A stretch of DNA of 64,000 nt from Lepidodermella squamata (Eukaryota > Animalia > Gastrotricha), in contig JBLDXI010000021.1 in the NCBI GenBank assembly GCA_047495785.1, positions 372,001-436,000 of the forward strand. The letters run 5' to 3'. A program made the position numbers and the translations under genes. Shown piece after piece: positions 46,773-61,594 of this stretch; position 1 is the stretch's first letter, and the number at the start of each line of letters is the position of its first letter. Under the pieces are notes generated by a model, which saw only the letters and a program-made list of their open reading frames with translations, was not told the DNA's origin and searched no databases.

Positions 46773-49700
46773 ATGTCTAAGAAAGTTGGTAAACTCGTTT
46801 CGCCTATGGACGAGGTAGAAGACGAAGATTCTCAGAACGACGCCATTATGGACGTTGAGCAACCGGAAGATGGATCCAGTGAGAGTGACAGTGAAGACGA
46901 AAGTGGCGGTGAAGATACTGATGCGATTGAAAGGCGAACTATGGAACTGAAAAATCTGGTTCGTCATTTTCGGATTGGCATCAATACCACTGCCTTACCT
47001 CGAATTTTAGATTTCACAAAACCCTTACGCGTATGATCAACATGTCGAGCTTATCAAATGCTTGGAAAAGCTGGGAGAGCTTGACCAGTTGCGATTGGCT
47101 AGGAAGCACATGCACGAATTATATCCATTGTCAGAAGGTAATCGATTACAATCGCACTTATTCATGCGCTAATTTCATCTTTAGAATTATGGCTTAAGTG
47201 GCTTCGCGATGAGGTAAAATTCTCCGAGGACAAGAATGCTGTTGTGGAGCTTTTCGACGAGGCTGTCAAGGACTATCTTTGTATGTTGACCATCACTTTT
47301 ATTTAAGATGAACTATTTTTTCTTTTAGCTGTCAACGTATGGCTAGAATATTGCCAATATGCAATCGGGACGTTTTTATCAGAATCACCCGATAAGGTCC
47401 GATCAGTGTTGGATAGAGCTCTCGCAGCTTGTGGGAATCACGTAATCAATGGCGCCACAATTTGGGAAGTTGCCCGGGAATTCGAAATCGCCATGCTCCA
47501 AGTTGACGAAGCTAAGACTGGCCCTGATGCTGAAAAGGCACTGGCGATTCAGAAAAATCGCGTTATCGCTCTTTTCAAGGGTCAACTGAGCGTTCCGCTA
47601 TTTGAAATGGAATCAACCTTCAACGAATATTGCGAATGGCTGGGCGATGTCGAGCCTGAAAAATCAGTGAAAGACGCTTATGATAAAGCTCTGAAAATGT
47701 ACTCAGAACGCAAGCCATTCGAAGACAGCCTCCTTGAATCAGATCCACCACCTGTTGAGGCTTACACCGCTTATTTACAGTTTGAGGAGGAAAAGGGCGA
47801 CCCGACTCGTGTTTCCTGTCTTTATGAACGAGCGATTAACGATCACCCATTGGTAGAAGATTTTTGGAAGCATTATTGCAATTTTCTGGAGAGAAAATTA
47901 CGTTCAGGCCCTGAGGTTATCTCGGCTTATGAGCGGGCTGTTCGAAACATACCATGGTCCGCCGAGTTGTGGATAAAATGGGCGCAGGCTCTTGAGAGGA
48001 GTCACCCCGAAAATGTTGCAAAATTGACGAAGATCTTTGAGGACGCTATTGCTGCTGGTTTCCAAAAAGAAGCCGACCAGGTTCAAGTGTGGGTGGCTTA
48101 TCTCGACTTTTTAAGGCGCAGAATTAATTGGGACCAGCCGCACGAAACTGAACTTGCCAATCTTAGAGCTGGTTTCAACAGAGCCGAAGAAGCAATAAAT
48201 GCTATGCAGGAAAAGCGAGACCACTTACCTACTGTCCTCAAATACTGGGCTTTCGTCGAGGCTAAGTACTGTCAAAACGTGGAAAAGGCCCGTCATTTAT
48301 GGCACATGGTTACCCGGCTAGGGCGGGGAAGTCAGGCCGATTTGTGGCTTGAATACATATCATTTGAACGAGCCTTTGGCGACTCGCCTGCCTCATGCAT
48401 TTCAGTCCTACAATCAGCGCTTAATGCCGTTACAGATCGGCCGGAAGCAATATGCGCGGCTTACATTAATTTCGCTCGTGAGGCATGCAGTCTCGAACAA
48501 TTGGATGAAGCTATTGCAGCCTGCGAGAAACGAAACGCGTTGTTGAAAAAACGTACTAAAGAACAAACTGATCGCGAAAATGCGAAATTGGCTAAATCTG
48601 TTGGAAAACATGGCCATTCTGGTCTTGGGTTTCATAAGGGTAAAAATCAGGAGGAAAATTCAGGTGCGGCTAATAAACCCGGCGGTGGGCAGAAATTTGT
48701 GAAAGCTGGCCAAAAGCAGTTTCAAGAAAATCAGAAACAGGCGCCAAAAAAGTTTGAAGATCACGGAGATTCGTCAAATAAGCGAAAATTTGACCAAAGT
48801 GGCGATCATTCGAAGGCTGAAGGTGAGTCGCCCTTCAAGAAGCCTTTCGCCCCAGCTCCGAAAAAAGATAATAATTCGTTCAAAGAGCCGTCGATTCCGC
48901 CGCCACCCAAGTTCCAAGAATCAATGGAAGAGAAGAAAGAAGCTCCTGCTGCCCGAAGGAATGTCAATTTTTCAGAAGAAAATCCTACTACTGTCTTTCT
49001 TAGCAATCTGGATTTCAAAATTAAGGAGGAGGATATTCATGAATTTTTCAAAGACGTAAGCTTCATGCATCAATTTTTTTGTATTTCACATCTGATATAT
49101 TTTCTCTGGTTAGTGTGGTGAAATCGACGACGTTCGGCTAGTCCTGAAAGCTCAAAATCTCAACAAAGGATTTGCCTACGTCAAATTCGCCAATGTCTCG
49201 TCAGCGAATAAAGCGCTGGAAATGGACCGGCAAAAACTGAAAGGTAGACCGGCTTTTGTGTCACCCTACAAGGAAAAGGGCGACGGGCCAAGTGCCGAAA
49301 AGAAAGGCGGTCTTATCGTAAGTTCAAATACGGGTAAACGAAAAAATACTCCTTTAATTTTTCAAATTATAGTTTTCCGACGCCTTGGAAAAGAATAAGC
49401 TGTTCATTCGCAATGTTCCTCTGTCAACTACGGACGAATCCCTAACTGCCGCATTTTCAACTCATGGCAAGGTGAAAGCCGCTAGAATAGTTACGTTCAA
49501 AGACGGCACGCCTAAAGGCATTGCTTACGTCGAGTTCGAATCAGCAAGCGATGCGGAAAAAGCGCGTGAAGCCACCAATGGAACGTCGCTACTCGGCGAG
49601 GGAAAAATTCTCAGCGTTGAAATTTCGAATCCGCCGAAAAAGCGCGAAGTCAACGCGGCGGCTGGGGCGTCTTCATCAGCTGCAACTCGCAGCCGGGCTA

Positions 49701-50180
49701 TCGGCTCGTTTTATTCAAATTTCGGAGCCGGCTCAAGACAGCATACAACAGGGTAAGTCATTATCTCCACATTACCATGTCTTTCAGAGGTTAAAATTCA
49801 GCTTTTGCTCAAAAATATCCGAGATGTGATTAATTCAAAGTGAAATATGGTTACTTCCGATTTTTCTTTAAATTTTGAGAAAATATTTGTATTTTTAACT
49901 GATTTTTGTCTGAAGTTTGAACGCTCATTTGCATATTAAACGACCTTGTGAGTTCCAAGATTTGCCTTCAAATCTTGGGTCGAATTCTGAACACAAATTA
50001 TTCAATTAAATTTAAATTATTCCACCTTAAATTTCGTATTTTTTCAGATCCGGACAGCAAACTCGCATCAGCGTGCCTTCACCCGCTGAACAGCAAGCTG
50101 CTGCGTCGAATTCGAACGGCAACGGTGCTCAAGAAACAGCGAAAATGAAAAATGACGATTTCAGGCGTTTCCTCAAGTAA
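46773..50180 (+). CDS. SART3: SART3 / p110 / Prp24 U4/U6 recycling factor
   Basis: NPYAYDQHVELI, HAT repeats (LYERAI, YERAVRNIPWSAELW, LWLEYISFER), RRM1 (TVFLSNLDF...KGFAYVKF), RRM2 (EKNKLFIRNVP...KGIAYVEF) and the C-terminal LSm-binding motif KMKNDDFRRFLK*. Confidence 0.95.
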
Positions 50181-50641
50181 TAACAACCCATGCCGGTGCA
50201 TCATCATGTGAAGCGAAAATCATCTTTCCAGTTCTACTTTTGTTTGAGAGATCTTTATTCAACAAAAACATTATTTAGTCACTCATCTCGTCGGCCTCGA
50301 ATTTGATGACAATGTCAATTATTGTGATTAAACAGTCGGAAATAAAAGATTCGAAGCCTTGTTTCATCAAGTTGTTGGTAAATGATGGAGTTGTAATTGA
50401 AATGAGGCCGCGCCAGCTGAGCGACACCCCGCTCGTTCGTGATAGCTGGCATATTGTCTGGTCGGGGAGTGACCTGTAAAATATGGGCTAATTACTAGTT
50501 GGTTTTGATGTTATTGCTGAATAATTCAGCAGAGGGTAGCCTGATGCGGCGGCGACGGCGCGGTAGCTAATCATGTTACACAGCAGCCGCGCGACACCAA
50601 ACATCACGCACAGGCCGATTGATTACTGGCCGTATTATAGG

Positions 50642-50871
50642 CTAATAAAAGGCGCTCTTGACCTGCTATAATATTTCCGATACTTGAACAACATCATGTT
50701 CGATATACTTACTATCAGTTGCGCGGGTGCGCTTGCTGCTTCCCTTTTGTAGGCGAAAATCGAGTAGCCGCGGTCAGCGGGTACGAATGTTTTTGCGGTC
50801 GGATCGTCGGAATTTTTTATCACCCCCAACAATAATAATAAACCGGCAAAAAACAACACGCGGTATATCAT
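50642..50871 (-). CDS. Possible 59-aa secreted peptide precursor, 2 exons
   Basis: Signal-like MIYRVLFFAGLLLLLG, a KR site and a 50-nt GTAAGT...TAGCAG intron (50712-50663). No recognised homology. Confidence 0.3.
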
Positions 50872-53800
50872 GCACGCAATTTATCTTTATTAATGTTCCT
50901 CTCACTTACAGCACATTTTCAGATTTAGTTATATACATTATCGCAGGCCAAATTTTCTAGTGATTTATTGAGGCCATATTTGACACGCTAAGAAAAATAA
51001 ATTTCCCGCCATTTTTTTTCTATTCGGATGCTTAATATCTTAGCATGAAGCGCAAGAACAATAACTCCGTGATTAGGTCATTGATAAATTATATAATTAT
51101 TCCTAACTAAAGAGGTTCCTCTTACCATTATGTGCTTTTACTATTTTTTGGGTCGACACCTACCGATGCATTGGTGCGTGTCTAGATAATTGTTCTGTAC
51201 GAATTTATGTCGTCCCATTCTTTGACTTTCGGCATGTTTTTCGGGCGCGAAGTGAAAAAATATTGCTTTTTTAATTTATTCGATAAATGATTATTTTTAG
51301 ATAAACATTTTACGTCGTCACTCTCAAAATTGAGTTGTAACATTCCATGCGAAGATGACCTTTCCGAGAGTATATTAAACGCCTACCTTGGCAATTTCAA
51401 GTTTGAAACGCAAGTAGGCAAATAATAAATAATAACAATAATAATGGTGTAAAAATAATAGCCGTAAAATGACACACGGCTTCTCACCGCACATCATCAT
51501 CATCTTGTTCTTCATCTACGTTTTACTCGTCTTCATCAACGCCTCGTGCATCCCGCGTACAGGAATGTATGAAGAGGCACCTTGTTTATTGTTATTGTCT
51601 GGTTATTAGTACCTACCTACAATGTCACCGCTGTACCTACTGGAACATTTTTGCGGTTGGTCTCTTTGCAAAATGTTATTTGGCGTCGCTTATCTCACGT
51701 TATATTCACGGCCCATCTCGCGCGTGTGTTAACTACCCCCGCAGTAAAAGTTACCTAGTAATAGATTGCAGCGGCTATTTACCTGCGACACCCCCGCCTC
51801 TTTGAAGAGCACCCCTCCGATGGGCTTAATTATCATAGCGTTTTACTGCGACTAAAATGCTAAAATCATAGCACGGTGGGTGTTTTTACGGTTATCACAC
51901 GTACATTATGTATTGTTTATACAGAAAACTGCGATGGGAATGTTGGCAAGAGTCGACTCATCTCATCAAGGTACACGCGCGCAGTGAGAAGCAGAACAGC
52001 AAGGTAATTTTTCGGCCTGAAATTTGCTTGCGCGCAAGCCGCCTTAAAATTCGCGCATTTTTATCGCACGCAATAAAAAGCCACTCTGCGCTGGAACCTT
52101 TATTGCGGCAGCACGCCGCGCAACACTTCCTTCGATAATTTCAAGGTAATTGCCGCCGCATTTGACACCTTAATTTAGCATTTCTGAGGTGTCGCGCTTC
52201 CGCCTTAATAGCTCAACGCCACCTTACTAAAAGAGTCAAACTCGTTTACAACAAGCGATTCATATATAGGTATATCGAAATGCGTAATCAACTCGATAAT
52301 ATGTTATATTCCCCTTCAATTTATGCACGCCATTTCCGATGGCGGATGAAGCATCAGCAGTAGCCGAAGCATATGGAAGGTGGACAGATGAGGATGATGA
52401 TATTAGCGCATATGTTTACGGCTCAATGTCAAGTCAATCCGGTCTTCGGGGCGGAAGTATAGCCGGCCGGGCGGCCAGCTTTAAAAATCATCTGTTATCG
52501 GTTTCATTGCGCAACGCTAATCGCGTCTTTGTAGTGCAAAGCCGCACACTCACTCTCGCCTATCAACCCATCAACATGACCTTGAAAATATTTTGCAAGC
52601 GCGTCTCGCACTATGCATTTTCCATCATCAACAAACTGTCGTTCATTCAGCCGTGCGCGCTACTATATTTAGTGTAGTAATAATATAAATATAAACTTTT
52701 AACCCGCACATGCTCGCCGGACGCTGTTCCACCAGGCGCGTGCCGGGCGCATCCGTTTTTGTTGTTTTAGCAGCGATAAATAGCGCGACCGAAATATGTT
52801 ATCATACGCGCAAATTAATTACTGAATTAATTAGCTCTTCATAACTCGAGTAGTCATCGTGCTCTCGCGCGCAAAATAACCGGATATAGAGGGACGTGCT
52901 TAAGAGGCAATGGAAAATTTCGATGAGATTAACGAAAAATCTTGCGAATAATTTTCTTGTTCATTCGTGGTTGTTTACGCATTTTCTCTGTTTATCCGCC
53001 GACTCGCGAAACCAATCAATCAACAAAAACATCGAAACAGCTTTCACGCATCACCGCTATCTCATCACCGGATCGTCTTACTTTTCGCGCATCTTCGCCT
53101 CGAGGTTGGGTTAAAGCTAATATTTCCCGGTACGTGTTTGCTCGCAGGGCGTTATATACAACAGCCTGCTTGACTTTTTGGAAACAAGGTGCAATGTAAT
53201 CTAGAAGTTATTTGCCGTGCTGATTAAACATCAGATAAGATGCGCGGGTGCAATTATGCGCCTGATACCTACATTCGCTGGGTGCCGCTTCTTCACACAC
53301 CACTTGCTCGGGCACTTAACAGTTGCACAGGCAATTCTTTAACTATTACTATTTATTGTTATGCACCCCGCCTCTGCTGCTTCGATGTCTTTTTCAGGCC
53401 TAACCTTGTTTTCTTTAATGCCGCTTAGTGTTTACCTATCCATTAGTAAAAGGATATCAGCGCGACTGAATGATGCGATTGTAAGGTAGCGCCTCAAAAT
53501 ATCACTGTGCTAACGAACAATGCAGCTTTTAAAGGCTCTCCAGAACAGCAGAAGCGTTTTTCGCCCCTGCTCGTCGTCGGTGGCGGTGGTGATAGAAATA
53601 TTATACTGGTGCGACGCGTCTTTTTACGGTAGCTTTTTGTCCCGCGTTCGCTGCCGCGATGTCGACCACGAAAAACATGTTTATGCGTGTTGTATTGTGT
53701 TGTGTCTGTCGTCGAGATCGGCGGCAACCCGGCGTGGATTACTATTTTTCTATTATTACGATCGCCCCTTCCCTTTGCCCAGAAAATACATACAGCTCAT

Positions 53801-56800
53801 TATATCCATGCCACGGTCCACTAAAATTGCGAGACGATGTTTGATGCCGACTCTGAATGCTGAACGCTGAATCTTTTATGCGCGCGCGCGGCGCCAGCAG
53901 CGTCAGAAAAAATGCGGCGCCAAAATCAATTGATTGCTGACACAATAAAATCATCAGAAATTATTATAATTTTTTCTTATTTTTACACTCGCGCGGTCGT
54001 AGATGATTTTATTATCCTGTTTCGTTTTACCATATCGAGGCCTGTGTTATGCACCGAGGGATTTTTTTAATGTAGGCCGCGGCAACTTCGTAAATTTTTC
54101 TACACCGGATGTTTATTTTTTGAACCGTGTTCTTATTAAAACTTCCGCCTTAATGAAAATAAAATAAATATTGCCGTTTTTGCGCGCGTCCACTCTAAAT
54201 GATTGCTTTTGCAGTCGTAAATAATAATCGCTTTTCGCCCCAAAACATGTGTTCTCTCAAGTGATTTACTACGCGCAGTAGCTTCTCTGACCAGAGATCG
54301 AGATGATCGGTAAACAAAACGTAAAACACGTGGAGCCTGTCTACTCGCATAAATTATTGCTCGCGTTGGTCATGTCGAGGAGAAATTATTACAAATGTGG
54401 CGACGATGATGATAATGAGAAGAAAAACGCGGCGCATCTCTCAACATGCCATTAACGCGCATTGTTTTTAGCCTCAAGTAAGTATGTAAGATTTCTCTAC
54501 GAAGCGGAAACGCTGCTACTGCGCGGTTATTTTCGATTCGCTTCATTGTTTCGCCCGCTCAAGTAGCCATCTCCCCTACAACATCGATTTTTGATCTGAA
54601 CAGCCGACCCCCCCTTTTTGTGCTACTTGTAGCAAGTAATCAAAGCGCACGCGGCCTTTTGTTAAATGTTCGTCGACGCTTCGTAGTAATAAAACATTGA
54701 CCTAGGTCGTGTATTATTGCGCCAAAAAGCGCGAAGGACCCACCCATATACTAGCTAACACGTTTTGGTATAATTTTAATTACAACACTCTACAAATACA
54801 CACAGCATATTAATACCATGGAAAATTTCCGCAAACAACAAAACAACAACAAGATTAGACCGCGACCCCGGCGGGTAGCGCGCGCAAGTTAAATTCTAAT
54901 ATTTTCCCACAACGCACACACAGACAGGCGCCGCTTTATTCTATCCACACGGCGATTTTATTACTATTTTAAATATTATATCAAAGTATCGAGATATACG
55001 GCCGTTTTATTAGATAATTCCCTAGCTCAATTTTTTGTCATTATCGCATCTCGAGCGGGGGATCAATTGCGGGCAAGTTTTTTTTGGAAAGCACTGCAAC
55101 TCGGCACTGTTTATTTTATTAAATGAACTCTTCATTCAGTTCGATTTTTGTCGAGATAGTTTTTTCTCGCAGCCAAAATCTGGCAAGCGATTTTGGCGAT
55201 GATTATTGTAAATAATAAATAATAATTTCATCGTTGGCCCGCGTGTCCTCGTCATCAGCGTTGATTGGCGTTGCGATCAAATTTCATGGTCGTTAACGCG
55301 TCGGGCTGACAAGCGCGATCGGCGCCAATCCGCGCGGCTCCGAAGCTTCGGCCTCAACAAATCGGGCGAATTTTCGTTCGATTATTATTGCTATTTAATT
55401 TAATTGGCCGATCTTTACTACATAGTATACAACAAACACTGTTATTTTTATATATGGGCCATATATCTGAGATAGTACTATCGCTACCGAATGTACGCGT
55501 TCAAATTCGATTGATCCTATGTAGAGCAGGGTCTTTTGTTTATGCTCCCGAAACCCGTCGCTTTTTCAACAAATGTTTGCTGTTAGCGTTATTATTAGTT
55601 TTGTATTTATCATTATTATTATTATTATTTGCTGCCATTTATCGGCCAGGGGAGATGTACACGCGGAAATGTGAAACTTCTGCCCGATCTGCGTCGTCTC
55701 CTATATCGTTTTGGGAATATTTCGCAAAAATTCGGCTAGCTATACGCAAATTTTTGACGTAATCAATCGAATGCTCCCGGGCCGTATCGCATGTCGTAGC
55801 ATGTAGACGCGTTTTTCCACCCTGAAAACAAGTTGAGATAATCTCAAATTCGCTTTAGCCGATGTTGTCCCATGATGGTTGTTATTTGTTATCCGATATT
55901 TTACCCATGGCAGAAAAATGATATTTTTAGAATATTTATTTCGAAAAAACCCCAGAAAAACCTTGGCGTCGGTTCAAAGTCATTAGTGCGCGAGCGAGTT
56001 GTTTGCGCATTTCATATAAATATATAGAAGAAATTATTAATTTTCGCACACGATATCATCTGTTATCTCGTATTGTTTTTTCTCGCCGCCTGATAATTAG
56101 ATAATTTGATGACACGGAGCCGCTCGAGTGGCCTTACACGGCTAAGTCGCGCTCTTCCACCTGTCATACACACGCGCGTGCTCGTTTATGCTGTAATATC
56201 CATACAAACCCCGGTTGGATTATTAAAGCGCGCCAAAAAATTTTGCTACAAAACACTTGAGAGGCTTAAAGGGCGTAAGGTGAGAGAGAAAATTATTAAA
56301 TAATAATAAACGCTAAAACACGTGTTGAATGTAGTAAAATGTCGCCCCGGGAAAACCGTGTTATTTTTTTCAAAAAGTGACACCATTGTTGCGGGGTTTT
56401 TTTCCACGTCCGCAGGCACTCACTTTTTCTATAAATAATAATTATTTTATTACTTTTATTACAGGTGCGAATAATAACATAAGACGCGCCGCCGAGTTTT
56501 GTTTTTCCTCGGCGGAAAGTTGGTGGCGATGAAAGATGAACGATGTTTCGCTCTATTACCTGCGTTTTATCACGCGCGCGCCAAAAGTCAAATAATTATT
56601 CACACCTATAACGGCACGTTTTTGCATTTCGAAAAAATAATAATACCATCGCCGCTAAAAATAAATAATTTGCCGTCGCGTCTTTTCTTGCGGTAATAAT
56701 CGCATTATTGTAACACCTGTTGTCTACTTTTTTCTAGTCTAGGAATTTACTCGTTATTTCTGAAAAAATGTCTCATGTCACAATTTGATTAACAAACGCC

Positions 56801-56807
56801 TGGGAAC

Positions 56808-59800
56808 ATGTTGTTAATATCGTTGCTATTGATGGGCCTCGCGGCGGTGGAAGCGTCGAAATTGCAAGGCGAAGACGATAACGGACCCTGCCCGAAACAC
56901 TGCACCTGCGATTCGGCTAAATTAGTCATGCGGTGTACCCACATTCGAGGCGGCCTGCCTCAACCTTACGGCCAACAGGCGTCATTTTTCAGCTACACGA
57001 ATAAATCAGCCTCCCTAGCGATGTTGGTGGTACATCGCGCGATTTTCACGTATCCAACATTGACTCGGGACAATTTTTCGCACCCTATCTACGCCGGGCT
57101 TGTCGATCTGGCGTTTACTATGACGAATCTCGAGACAATTGAATCGAGAACGTTCGAGAAATTGCCAAAGTTATCGCGGCTCGTTTTTAAATACAATCAA
57201 AATTTGAAATTGATCGAGCCGGAGGCGTTTTTCGGGCTGAATTTACAACGGCTGGAATTCCACGAAAGTCCGCAGATTATGCTGACGCGGGACACGGTTT
57301 TCGTTGAAACGCGGACGAATAAACTTGTGGTCACAAATTGCGGCCTCAGCGATTTTTCCTACGACGTGTTTCACCTGTTGTTGAAAATCAGCCTACCCAT
57401 GGCGCTGCTCAACTTGGAGGGCAATGCCATCTCATCGGTTGACAATCGATTTTGGCCGTTGTTTCAAAACATTTCGCAAATCAACATGGACGCTAATAAG
57501 CTGCAATGCGTTGAACAAAATTACTGGCTCTACTTCCTATTCCGATCCAATCCGGAAAGATTTTTGACCGATCAGTCAGAAAAGGTATGAATAGAAGTTT
57601 TTCTAGGTTTTCATTTTTCGGTTTCAATTGGGTTTATTGAATAGATTTGTGTCAATTTTTTAATTTATTTTTCAATTTTTTTGAGTTGGTTTTTAGCGAA
57701 TTTAATAATGCTTAGTAACACCATCGCTTTTTATAATTTATTGAAAGGCATGAAATTTCAGATTTTACCGGCTTTTTTACTTCAGTTCCTTCTTGACCTT
57801 CAACAGAAGAAATTTCGTGCCTTATATTGAGAATTATTCGAGACAATAAATCTACCTGATTTTTTCTCGCTCTTAGAAACCCGATATTTCCTGTATGCGC
57901 CAATCAACAGGCGAAGTGGTACTTTTCCGCGACGCCAAGCCGTCCGATTTCAACATCAAGCAGACCGGATCGACGTTGATCAGTAAGTTGTAATTGATTA
58001 TAGAAAGCTATTTCTTCAAGTAGACTCGTCTCAAGTTGTCTGGAATTTTTCCGAAATTAATTACATTATATTGATTACCACGCAGTTTGCAGCTCTTCGA
58101 AAAAAGAAACGGAAGCCATTTACAAGCTTTTATCGACCCAAAATCGTAGCCATAGGCGGGTCATAATTACTAACAAAGGAGGTAAAAGAAAAGCGAAGAA
58201 AGTTATAGATAACAGTCAAAATTACTCGTCTTGTCCCAATATTTTCCCAGCGAGTTGGAAAATAATTAAATTAGAAAACATTTTCCGTTGAAAAAATGAA
58301 TGATTTTAAAAATAGATTAATTTAGATAGAAAAAATAAATTAGTTATTCCTAATTAACGCTAATCTTTTTTATTTATTTTTTTATAGATGGCGCTCAATT
58401 GAATTCAGAAGGTCAGTTCTATGAAGTTGCCGTAGATCAGCAGCAACTTGAAGGTAACCCAACAGGCCGGAGTGTTTCGAACGTGTTGTCGGACAAAGAG
58501 CTGCCCGAACCAGCGGCGCCCGACTACGAACCCGAGCCGATCGACGCGACAATACCCGGCGAGCGCGTGATAAACGGGCTTGGCCGCAATGCCGCCGGCT
58601 CGTCGACAACGCGGCTGATCCCCACGTCACCCTGGGTGCTAGTCACGTCAACCCTGGCGCCGGCGCTATTCGCCCGAAGTGGCAACACGAATAAAGCGGG
58701 AAATATCGATACAATTTTAGGCGACGATGAAGAACTGCCAGCGACAACAACGCAACTGGAGAAGGAAGTTGTATCGGCGAATACGGACGCGTTCTTCTAC
58801 ATCCTGATTATCGCAGGTGGCTATGCATTGCAGCTATTTAACGCCTTTCAAACCTCACAAAACCTACACGTGTTGATGTTCTTCCACAAACTACAAACTT
58901 GGCACAATCCAACTTTGAATAATTTGAACAAACATTCGACCAGGTAGATTATTCTCAATCGGCCCGTAGTTGACGCATCAAAAAATTACTAAAATCAAAT
59001 AATAATTAGCACGCAGCCAGAGGCTTTTGTATTGTGATTTTTCACGAAAAAAACGCAGCTTTTAGTCGTTGTTCTTGTCGTTGTTGTTGTTGTTGTTGCA
59101 TTTTTCGTGCTTAATTCTCTTGCCTAGTAGTCGGCGATGAATCACGTACATACAAACCTCTGTGCTGCGCTTTGCTACTGACAACGATTTTTCAGATTGA
59201 ATTTGTTAGCATAGTCGATCAGATCGCGCTTGAAACTGCCTTTCACTGACATCGAAAAATCACGTATGCTTTTTTGTCTTTTTACCATCTCAACCAAACG
59301 TCTGTGACACGCAAAGGTAAACTACGACCTTGAAAAAAATTGAGCATGCTTTGAGGGGAACTTTACGTCGAATTGGGGTCGATTAAAAAAAAATCACGGC
59401 TTTTGATAAAAAAAAACTCACCAACTGCCAGCTAGGATAGACCGCAGATAACTAGCCAAAGTATTAGTGCTTGAACGCATGTGGAGAACAACTATTTTTC
59501 CAAGATATAAATGTGCTTTAAGTTTGACGGAAGAAGAAAATTCCCGGAAAAAGCAACACTTTCCATTATTTTTATTGAAAAAAATACCGCACAATACCTT
59601 GAAATTAAGATGTCTTCGTTCGTCCTTGAAAAAACGCGAATGCTTCTTCCATATATCACTGTGAGAATGCTGTTCATTAGTCGAGAAGCTTAATTAATTG
59701 AAGAAACATTCTCGGCACAAATTTTTCTATTCCTCAAAGAATTCCTCCTTAATTTCCAAAGAAAATTTGTGCGGGAAATGTTTCTTATTTAATGTGCCAA

Positions 59801-60431
59801 TTTTTACGATTTTAAAATTACCTAATAGAAGAAGTCCGATCTGAGTTATGTTCTAAAAATATGTTTTGATTTTTCAGGTAGCGTCTCGTTTCTTTCAATA
59901 ATCATCGGCGTTATAACATCAGTCCGCCGCGCAGCAACCTGGCCGCGCCATCACAGCAAGGGTGGAACAGTGGACGCCGAGAATTCTTCGAAAATAAGCA
60001 ACAACACTGCCAGCAATAGGAATAACGGTTCTTCGCCAGTTGTTTTGGTCGACAAGTCGATGGTCGAGCGGCTGCTGAACAGTAGTGCTGAAAGCGGCGC
60101 GTCGTGCATTGATACGTCGGGCGAAACAGCGTTGATGATGGGCAAACCCCGGTGTTTTAACGTTATCGATACTACTTGTAGCAATTTAAATTCATCGCCT
60201 AATAACAATAGTCACCTGTATTCTGTTATCGATCGCAATAACGATCAGCTGTACATGGACAGTCATAATCACTATCAGCATCATTCCTCAAATTCTACTT
60301 CGCCACTTCTGTCGGCATCCCCGCAAGGCTCGTCTCACTCTTCAAATCGATCAGCGGCTATCTTGCTAGCCCCTATACCAGGTCAGACCAAAGTCATTCG
60401 ATTTGCTGATATGGAGAGTGATGAGTGCTAA
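56808..60431 (+). CDS. Leucine-rich-repeat type I transmembrane protein, 4 coding exons
   Basis: Signal peptide, LRRNT CPKHCTC, LRRs (LETIESRTFEKLPKLSRLVFKYN, LNLEGNAISSV), LRRCT-like NKLQC...WL, Thr/Pro stalk, TM split by an intron (FFYILIIAG|SVSFLSIIIGVI) and a Ser/Asn-rich tail with HLYSVI. Confidence 0.85.
59701..59786. repeat. Imperfect palindrome in an intron (MITE-like remnant)
   Basis: AAGAAACATT...GCACAAATTTT pairs with AAAATTTGTGC...AATGTTTCTT. Confidence 0.6.
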
Positions 60432-61542
60432 CATCATCAGATGAAATCAGACAATAAGTAATAACCGCACCAAAACTTCAAACAAAATCGCTTGGTTTTA
60501 ATTTTTTCACATTTTCTGTAATAATTCGAAAGATTCTTTCTTTATCAATGTCTAAAAATTACGACAATTCTTTGTCTCGAACATTTCTTTTACAACTTGC
60601 CGGGATGATTGTTCAAATTTGATTCCCGACGGATAAGTAAATTCCTCTCTGTCTGCCTGATTTAATTATTGGCGAACGATAACAGAAAGCAGAGTAAATT
60701 TTTCTACCGCCCTTTATTGAATTGATTCATCAGCGTAGGTCATAATATCATTATATCTAATGATTTGTTGGCGAGGATGTACATATTTTAAATGTCGACG
60801 ATTTTTGTACATAGAATTTTTGAGTGATTTCAAATTTCATCGCCACCATTGTATGTGTCAAACCTTCATTTTCCGCTTGGTAAACGACGAAGCCTAATAT
60901 TGTGGGCTTGTAATGAGTGCAACGACAATAAAAATACAAATCTTTGCTTTTTGGGCACAAAACAAAATGATATTTTGCAGGAGACAATGTTGTAAGTACA
61001 TGCTACTTGAATCACTGTATAATTCGTCCTATTAAAATTATATACCTTCCGGCGGCAAGAATCTCAAAGAAAGTGATGATCGCTCAGCAGCCTTTATGAA
61101 GTTCGATTGACATTGCATGGACCTGTATGTCATATTTTCTCTCTCTCTCTCTTTCTCTCTCATCAGGCTAAAAGTATATACGATCACCCCAGCATCGTCT
61201 TTTCGTGCCTTTTCTTCTCTTTTTCGAACCTCAGCTGCACATCGTTCATTATTGTTTCATTGTGAAAATGTATACATCGTGTATGAATACTTAAATGGGT
61301 TACTGTATGATTTATAAAATTGCGATAGCAGAAGAAAGAGATAACGAATAAAGTTCGGGATATGACATCAAATCTTGGCATTTTTGAGATGAGGTAAACA
61401 AGCAATTATAATGTACGAATTTTGGCAATGTCGGAAGTGGCTTCATATGCCGAAACTGCCAAAACTGGCATGGTGGTCGATTCGAAAAACCATAATCACA
61501 AAATTTCGTGACAAGACCTATTATTCCATTGACTCTGATGAT

Positions 61543-61594
61543 TGGATCAGTGGATTAGATGATTGCGATCACTGGTTCGATTCCCACCAGCGCC
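61543..61594 (+). other. Degenerate tRNA-derived (SINE-head-like) A/B box remnant
   Basis: TGGATCAGTGGATTAGA (A-box-like) and GGTTCGATTCCC (B-box, from 61574). No cloverleaf can be folded. Confidence 0.35.

Noticed and set aside
61543-61594. Functional tRNA gene
   Set aside because: A and B boxes are present, but there is no acceptor stem or anticodon arm.
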